From NCBI GenBank assembly GCA_023388175.1, contig JAEWGT010000015.1:40485-104484 (forward strand): 64,000 nucleotides of DNA, given 5' to 3'. This DNA is from Pseudomonadota bacterium. GTDB lineage: Bacteria > Pseudomonadota > Alphaproteobacteria > Rhizobiales > Devosiaceae. The position numbers and the translations under genes were made by a program. Within the stretch, counting starts at the first letter, position 1; every line of letters starts with the position of its first letter. Under the pieces are notes generated by a model. That model did no database searches, was not told where the DNA came from, and saw only the letters and a program-made list of their open reading frames with translations. This document shows positions 58,178 through 64,000 of this stretch, piece by piece.

Positions 58178-59104
58178 TCAGCGGCGGATCTTGAGGGTGA
58201 ACAGTCCCTGCGGACGCAGCATCAGAATGCCGACCACGGTGAGCAGGGTGAGAACCTTGGCCATGGAGCCGGAGAGGAAGAATTCCATGGTCGACTGAGC
58301 CTGGCTGATGGCAAAGGCCGACGCGATGGTGCCAATAAGGCTGCCCGCGCCACCGAAGACGACGACGAGGAAGGTGTCGACGATATAGAGCTGCCCGGCA
58401 GTGGGGCCGGTCGAGCCGATCATGGTGAAGGCGGAGCCGGCAATGCCGGCAATGCCGCAGCCGAGTCCGAAGGTCATGCGGTCCACCATCTTGGTGTTGA
58501 TGCCCACCGCGCCGGCCATAACACGGTTCTGAGTCACCGCGCGGACCTGCTTGCCCCAGCGCGATTTGTACATGAGCAATGCCACCGTCACGGCGATCAG
58601 CGTGGTCAGCCCCATAACGAAGAGGCCGTTGATCGGCACTTCGATGATGTCGGTCAGCGGGAGTGAGCCCATCATCCAGTCGGGCAGGGTCACGCCAACT
58701 TCACGCGCGCCGAACACGGAACGATAGGTCTGCTGCAGGATGAGGCTGAGCCCCCATGTGGCCAGCAGCGTATCAAGCGGCCGTCGATAGAGATGGCGGA
58801 TCATCGCCCATTCGACGATCACCCCAAGGGTAAAACTGGCGCAGAAGGCCAATGCCATGGCGATGAAGAAATAGATGGGAAACAGCGCCGGCGCGAAACT
58901 GGTGACAAAGAGACTGACACCCCAGGTGACATAGGCCCCCAGGATCATGAACTCGCCATGGGCCATGTTGATAACGCCCATCTGGCCAAAAATAATGGCC
59001 AGTCCCAGCGCCATGAGCACGAAGACGGAAAACAGGATCAGCCCGGCGAAGCCCTGCATCGCCAGGATCGAAAAGAACTGATCGTAGGTGTAGTCACCGA
59101 TCAT
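58178..59104 (-). CDS. urtB: Urea/amide ABC transporter permease
   Basis: GLAIIFGQMGVINMAHGEF, RPLDTLLATWG, YIVDTFLVVV. Confidence 0.93.
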   Translation of the reverse strand: MIGDYTYDQFFSILAMQGFAGLILFSVFVLMALGLAIIFGQMGVINMAHGEFMILGAYVTWGVSLFVTSFAPALFPIYFFIAMALAFCASFTLGVIVEWAMIRHLYRRPLDTLLATWGLSLILQQTYRSVFGAREVGVTLPDWMMGSLPLTDIIEVPINGLFVMGLTTLIAVTVALLMYKSRWGKQVRAVTQNRVMAGAVGINTKMVDRMTFGLGCGIAGIAGSAFTMIGSTGPTAGQLYIVDTFLVVVFGGAGSLIGTIASAFAISQAQSTMEFFLSGSMAKVLTLLTVVGILMLRPQGLFTLKIRR

Positions 59105-59132
59105 TTGAGCCTCGCATCGGATGAAGGAAAGG

Positions 59133-59157
59133 TGGCGGCTCGCAAAAGGAGCCGCCA
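59133..59157 (-). other. Intercistronic stem-loop after urtA
   Basis: TGGCGGCTC-GCAAAAG-GAGCCGCCA. Confidence 0.55.
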
Positions 59158-59179
59158 GTTGGCATCAGGAGGTCGAGGC

Positions 59180-60448
59180 TTATTGGTAACCTTCCGGGAA
59201 CGGATCGGGCTCCATCAGGTCGGCGGTCTCATAGACCACGTCATACTGCCCATCCATGCGGGCATGGCCGATGCGCAGTTTGCTCCAGAGGTGATGGTTT
59301 TCGTGAACTTTCACGTAGCCTTCGGGGGCAGTGGTCAGCTCGATTTCGGGCGAGGCTTCGCGCACCTTGTCGACGTCGAAACTGCCCGCCTTTTCGACGG
59401 CGGCCTTCCACAGCCAGGGTCCGAGATAGGCCGCCTGGGTCACGTCGCCGATGACGATGCCGTCGCCCCAGCGTGCCTTGAAGGCGTCGACAAAGGCCTT
59501 GTTGTTGTCATTGTCGAGCGACTGGAAATATTTCATGGCCGCATAGGCGCCCACGATGTTCTCGCCACCGATGCCCAGGATCTCGTCTTCCGTCACCGAT
59601 ATGGTGAGCAGGAGCGGTGCTTCCTTGGTGAGGTCGATGCCGGCGGCCTTGAGCTGCTTGTAGAAGGCCACGTTCGAGCCGCCCACGACGATGGCATAGA
59701 TCACGTCCGGCTTGGTCAGCTTGATCTTGTTGATGACGGAGTTGAACTGGGTGTGCTCGAGCGGGTAATATTCCTCGCCCACCACCTTGAGGCCCTTCAT
59801 CTCGATATGCTTGCGGGCAATCTTGTTGGACGTGCGCGGCCAGATATAGTCGGAGCCGAGCAGGTAGAAGCTCTTGGCGCCCTTGGTATCGACCACCCAG
59901 TCGATGCCGGCGAGGATCTGCTGTGTCGCTTCCTGGCCGGTATAGATGACGTTGGGGCTCTGTTCGAGACCTTCATAGAATGTCGGATAATAGAGCATGC
60001 CGTTATACTGCTCGAAGACCGGCAGCACGGCCTTGCGCGAGGCAGAGGTCCAGCAGCCCATCACCGAGGCGACCTTGTCCTGCACGAGGAGCTTCTTGGC
60101 CTTTTCGGCGAAGGTCGGCCAGTCCGAGGCGCCATCTTCCTGGATATACTTGATCTGGCGGCCGAGCACGCCGCCGGCAGCATTGATCTGCTCGATGGCA
60201 AGGATTTCCGCCTGAACCGAACCGGTTTCTGAAATGGCCATCGTGCCGGTCACCGAATGCAGAATGCCGACAGTGACTTCGGTGTCGGTTACGGCAAGGC
60301 CGGTCGTGTTCACCGCTGCGGTTGAAGTGTCCTGGGCGAAGACCCGGCTTGAGCCGAGCATGCCCAGCGCCGGAATAGTCGCCATTGCCGCCAGCAGTTT
60401 GCGGCGGTTGAGAGAGTAGGGGCCTTTGGTCGGTTTATCGTCTGTCAT
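59180..60448 (-). CDS. urtA: Urea/short-chain amide ABC transporter substrate-binding protein
   Basis: Tat-like NRRKLL, GILHSVTGTMAISE, EDGASDWPTFAEKA, GCWTSASRKAVLP. Confidence 0.94.
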   Translation of the reverse strand: MTDDKPTKGPYSLNRRKLLAAMATIPALGMLGSSRVFAQDTSTAAVNTTGLAVTDTEVTVGILHSVTGTMAISETGSVQAEILAIEQINAAGGVLGRQIKYIQEDGASDWPTFAEKAKKLLVQDKVASVMGCWTSASRKAVLPVFEQYNGMLYYPTFYEGLEQSPNVIYTGQEATQQILAGIDWVVDTKGAKSFYLLGSDYIWPRTSNKIARKHIEMKGLKVVGEEYYPLEHTQFNSVINKIKLTKPDVIYAIVVGGSNVAFYKQLKAAGIDLTKEAPLLLTISVTEDEILGIGGENIVGAYAAMKYFQSLDNDNNKAFVDAFKARWGDGIVIGDVTQAAYLGPWLWKAAVEKAGSFDVDKVREASPEIELTTAPEGYVKVHENHHLWSKLRIGHARMDGQYDVVYETADLMEPDPFPEGYQ

Positions 60449-60719
60449 GGAACTGCCCTGTCCTCGGATTGCCTTGCTGCCACGGCGACCGAATGCGCCT
60501 GCAACTGATCAAGGATTGGGCATTTGAGGCCTTTGCCTCTCAACGGGGCATTTAACGTATTCCGATCCGGATTTTTACTGCCTAGTGTGGGGAGGTTGGC
60601 GGCATGGTTAGGGCGATGACCGCGGGGGCATGCGCAGAACGACGGAGCCGATGACCTGTCGGTCCACTGGTCTTGGGCTCGGCCCTTTGTGCAGGATGCG
60701 CGGATGCGTGGGAGTGGCG

Positions 60720-63700
60720 ATGACGGCGCAGACTAAGGTCACCAGAGTCCGGCGGACGTACAACAAGTGGGTCGCCAACCAGACGATGGAAGACTTCGCG
60801 CTGCGCTTTACCGCGCAAAGGGTGCGCCGTTGGTCGCCCGCCCGCATAGCCAATACGGCCATTGGCGCCGCCTCGTTCCTGGCGCTTGAAGCTATCGGCG
60901 GCGCTCTGACGCTCAGCTACGGCTTTTCAGTCACGGCCTGGGCGGTGGTGTCGACCTGCCTGATCATCTTTCTCATGGGCATCCCGATCGTCTATAACGC
61001 CGCCAAATATGGCGTGGACATCGATCTGCTGACCCGGGGCGCCGGCTTCGGCTATCTGGGCTCCACCATAACCTCGCTGGTCTATGCCAGCTTCACCTTC
61101 ATCTTCTTCGCTATCGAAGCCGCAATCATGGCGACGGCACTTGAGCTGTGCTTCGGCCTGCCCATTTCCATCGGCTATCTGGTCAGTGCGTTGATCGTCA
61201 TCCCGCTGGTGACCTATGGGATAACTTTGATCAATCGCTTCCAGACCTGGACGCAGCCATTCTGGATCGTGCTGCAACTGATCCCCTTCGTCTTCATCGG
61301 CGCGCAAAGCCTGCCGGCGGTGCGCGAATGGACCGGCTATAGCGGCCTTATGGGCCCGCTGGATAGTGGATTCGATCTGGCATTGTTCGGCGCGGCCTCT
61401 GCCGTGATGTTCGCGCTGGTGGCGCAGATCGGCGAACAGGTGGATTACCTGCGTTTCCTGCCGCGCACCTCACACAAGAACCGCCTGGCGTGGTGGGTTG
61501 CTCTGATCGGGGCCGGTCCGGGCTGGATCATCATTGGCGGGCTCAAGGTCATGGCCGGCTCGTTCCTCGCCTACTACGCCTTTCGCCATGGTGTCGATTT
61601 CGAGAGCGCCTCCGAGCCGACGCAGATGTATCTCGTCGTGTTTGGGCAGATGCTGCAAAGCCCTGAACTGGCCCTCGCCGTGACCGGCATCTTCGTGATC
61701 GTCTGCCAGCTCAAGATCAACGTCACCAATACCTATGCCGGCTCCATTGCCTGGTCGAACTTCTTCTCCCGGCTGACCCATAGCCATCCCGGCCGCGTGG
61801 TCTGGGTGGTGTTCAACGTTTTGATCGGCCTGATCCTGATGGAGTTCGGGATTTACAAGGCGCTCGAGCAAATCCTTGGACTCTACGCAATCCTTGCCAT
61901 TGCATGGCTTGCCGCCATCGTTGCCGACCTTGTCATCTGCAAGCCGCTGGGCCTGTCGCCCCGGCATATCGAATTCAAGCGCGCCCATCTTTACGATATC
62001 AACCCGGTCGGCTTCGGCTCCATGCTGATCGCGGTCGCGCTGTCATTGCTGTCCTATCTGGGTATTTTCGGCGAGATTGCCGAGGCGCTTTATTCCTATG
62101 TCGCACTGGTCACCGCCCTTGTTTGCGTGCCGCTCATCGCCTGGGCGACGCGCGGTCGCTACTACATCGCGCGCAACTCAAACCTGAAACACACCCATGC
62201 CGAAGCCATCCGCTGCAGCGTCTGCGAGCACAGCTTCGAGCCCGAGGACATGGCAGGGTGCCCGGTCTATGGCGGGCCGATCTGTTCGCTGTGTTGTTCG
62301 CTCGACGCCAGATGCGGCGATCGCTGCAAGGACAATGCCCGCCTCGGTGATCAGCTTTCCGGCATGGTCACGAAAGTCTTTCCCAGCGTCATTGCCGATG
62401 CGCTCAATACAAGGCTCGGGCATTATCTCGGCCTGATGCTGATTGTCGGCGGCCTGATGGCGGCCATCCTCATGGTGTTCAATTACCAAGCCGCGCTGGA
62501 CGGCTATACGGCCCGCGCCGCCATTGACTCGATGCTGGGCAAGATCTTCGTTGTCTTCTTTATCATCGCCGGCATCGTCGTCTGGCTCTTCGTGCTGAAC
62601 CACGAGAGCCGTGAATTTGCCGAAGAAGAGGCCCGGCGACATACCTCGCTGCTGGTCGCGGAAATAGAGGCGCATCAGGAAACCGACCGCAAGCTGCAGG
62701 CGGCCAAGGAGGCGGCGGAATCGGCCAATCTGGCCAAGTCCCGCTATGTCACCGGCCTCAGCCACGAACTGCGCTCGCCGCTCAATTCCATCCTCGGCTA
62801 TGCGCAATTGTTGGAACGCCAGCGCGACGAGCATCCAATGGTCGGCCGCGCCGCCCGCACCATTCTGCGCTCCGGCGAGCATCTGTCCGGCCTCATCGAG
62901 GGCCTTTTGGATATCTCCAAGATCGAGGCCGGCAAGCTCCACCTCTATCGAGACAAGACCGCGCTCGCCGCCAATATCAATCAGCTGGTGGAAATGTTCT
63001 CCTTGCAGGCGCGGGAAAAGGGCATCGACTTCATCTTCGATCAGGCAACACCTTTGCCCGAATATGTGTTCACCGATGAAAAGCGCCTGCGGCAGATCCT
63101 GATCAACCTCATTTCCAACGCCATAAAATTCACCGATGCCGGCACGGTGACCTTGCGCCTCAGCTATCGCAGCCAGATTGCCACTTTCGAGGTCATCGAT
63201 ACTGGCACCGGCATTCCGCCGGACGAGCTGGATCGCATCTTTCTGCCGTTTCATCGCGGCACGCGTCCCCTGGGCACGGAGCCGCAGCCCGGCACGGGGC
63301 TGGGCCTCACCATCACCAAACTGCTGGTCGAGATCATGGGAGGCGAACTGACCGTCACCAGCATGCCGGGGCAGGGCACGCAATTCACCGTGCGCATCAT
63401 GCTGTCCTCCACCTGGATGCCGGACGAACCGAGCCATTCCACTGCGCGGATCACCGGCTACTATGGCCCCAGGCAATCGATCCTCGTGGCCGACGACGAT
63501 CCGGCGCAGCGTGAACTGCTCTCGGACCTGCTGGGAGGGCTGGGCTTCGACGTGGTCACGGTCAAGGATGGTGTCGAATGCCTGCGCTCGGTGCGCGTGC
63601 AGCGCCCCAATCTCTTGATCCTCGATGTCTCCATGCCCCGCCGCAATGGCTGGCAGGTGGCGCGCAAGGTACGCGGCGACGCCACGGACCGGCTGCCGGT

Positions 63701-63878
63701 GATCATGATTTCCGCCGATGCCGGCAGCGAGCGCCTGCGGCCCGATTACAGCGCTCTCTATGACGGCTATCTGATCAAACCCTTCAAGGTCGACGATCTG
63801 GTGCAGCAGATCGGCGCAACCCTCGGCCTGCTCTGGATCGAGGACGACGACGATGCCAGGGAGGCGTATGACCGATGA
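60720..63878 (+). CDS. Hybrid sensor histidine kinase with N-terminal transporter-like (NCS1/APC-type) membrane domain and Cys-rich linker
   Basis: About 12-13 TMs, 8-Cys cluster, two more TMs, H-box LSHELRSPLNSILG, NLISNAIKFT, DTGTGI, GTGLGL, receiver ILVADDD...LILDVSMP; ATG at 60720 with GGGAG RBS. Confidence 0.92.
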   Translation: MTAQTKVTRVRRTYNKWVANQTMEDFALRFTAQRVRRWSPARIANTAIGAASFLALEAIGGALTLSYGFSVTAWAVVSTCLIIFLMGIPIVYNAAKYGVDIDLLTRGAGFGYLGSTITSLVYASFTFIFFAIEAAIMATALELCFGLPISIGYLVSALIVIPLVTYGITLINRFQTWTQPFWIVLQLIPFVFIGAQSLPAVREWTGYSGLMGPLDSGFDLALFGAASAVMFALVAQIGEQVDYLRFLPRTSHKNRLAWWVALIGAGPGWIIIGGLKVMAGSFLAYYAFRHGVDFESASEPTQMYLVVFGQMLQSPELALAVTGIFVIVCQLKINVTNTYAGSIAWSNFFSRLTHSHPGRVVWVVFNVLIGLILMEFGIYKALEQILGLYAILAIAWLAAIVADLVICKPLGLSPRHIEFKRAHLYDINPVGFGSMLIAVALSLLSYLGIFGEIAEALYSYVALVTALVCVPLIAWATRGRYYIARNSNLKHTHAEAIRCSVCEHSFEPEDMAGCPVYGGPICSLCCSLDARCGDRCKDNARLGDQLSGMVTKVFPSVIADALNTRLGHYLGLMLIVGGLMAAILMVFNYQAALDGYTARAAIDSMLGKIFVVFFIIAGIVVWLFVLNHESREFAEEEARRHTSLLVAEIEAHQETDRKLQAAKEAAESANLAKSRYVTGLSHELRSPLNSILGYAQLLERQRDEHPMVGRAARTILRSGEHLSGLIEGLLDISKIEAGKLHLYRDKTALAANINQLVEMFSLQAREKGIDFIFDQATPLPEYVFTDEKRLRQILINLISNAIKFTDAGTVTLRLSYRSQIATFEVIDTGTGIPPDELDRIFLPFHRGTRPLGTEPQPGTGLGLTITKLLVEIMGGELTVTSMPGQGTQFTVRIMLSSTWMPDEPSHSTARITGYYGPRQSILVADDDPAQRELLSDLLGGLGFDVVTVKDGVECLRSVRVQRPNLLILDVSMPRRNGWQVARKVRGDATDRLPVIMISADAGSERLRPDYSALYDGYLIKPFKVDDLVQQIGATLGLLWIEDDDDAREAYDR

Positions 63879-64000
63879 TGTCCAGCGAGCCGGCCAAAGT
63901 TCTGATCGTTGACGACCAGCCCGATACGCTGACCATGCTGACCGATGCGCTGGATATCGAAGGCATGGCCACCACCCATGCGGCGAGCGGTCAGGCAGCC
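63875..64000 (+). CDS. Response regulator, N-terminal part of the receiver domain (truncated by the window end)
   Basis: Read manually: MMSSEPAKVLIVDDQPDTLTMLTDALDIEG...; ATGA overlap with the kinase stop. Confidence 0.85.
   Translation, partial: MMSSEPAKVLIVDDQPDTLTMLTDALDIEGMATTHAASGQAA

Noticed and set aside
58793..60232. 479-aa plus-strand ORF
   Set aside because: Antisense shadow of urtA/urtB
62178..63476. 432-aa minus-strand ORF
   Set aside because: Antisense shadow of the histidine kinase
1..64000. CRISPR arrays, IS elements, rRNA, riboswitches
   Set aside because: No regularly spaced repeats, transposase motifs, rRNA or recognisable riboswitch consensus seen by eye; an Infernal/Rfam scan would be needed to exclude small RNAs

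Overview
A GC-rich alphaproteobacterial chromosome segment. Gene order and protein style suggest Hyphomicrobiales, possibly Devosia-like (inference). In order, it contains: a sugar ABC operon ending in a Gfo/Idh/MocA-aldo/keto reductase fusion with a divergent MelR-like AraC regulator; a CHASE2 adenylate cyclase; tRNA-Pro(GGG); a UPP-like polysaccharide cluster with CtrA-like boxes; ctaA; rplM-rpsI; a P450; clpP-clpX-(LuxR, arginase)-lon; a two-gene operon encoding a GT1/GT28-type glycosyltransferase and an SDR/FAD-oxidase fusion; an aminotransferase separated from hom-glpX-recJ by a ~5.6 kb insert (rlmC, TetR, autotransporter, two siderophore-binding proteins); a cfa-like gene behind a sigmaE-type promoter; an iron-siderophore ABC operon; and urtABCDE-fmdAB divergent from a transporter-fused hybrid histidine kinase plus a partial response regulator. 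The three best candidates for undescribed biology are: (1) a homoserine dehydrogenase carrying an in-frame N-terminal Cro-like DNA-binding module, with a CCTAT/TAGG operator-like array just upstream; (2) the glycosyltransferase plus SDR-FAD oxidase operon; (3) the transporter-Cys-cluster-kinase 'transceptor' beside the urea/amide uptake genes. No CRISPR array, integrase or transposase was seen. All family assignments come from motif recognition by eye, not database searches.
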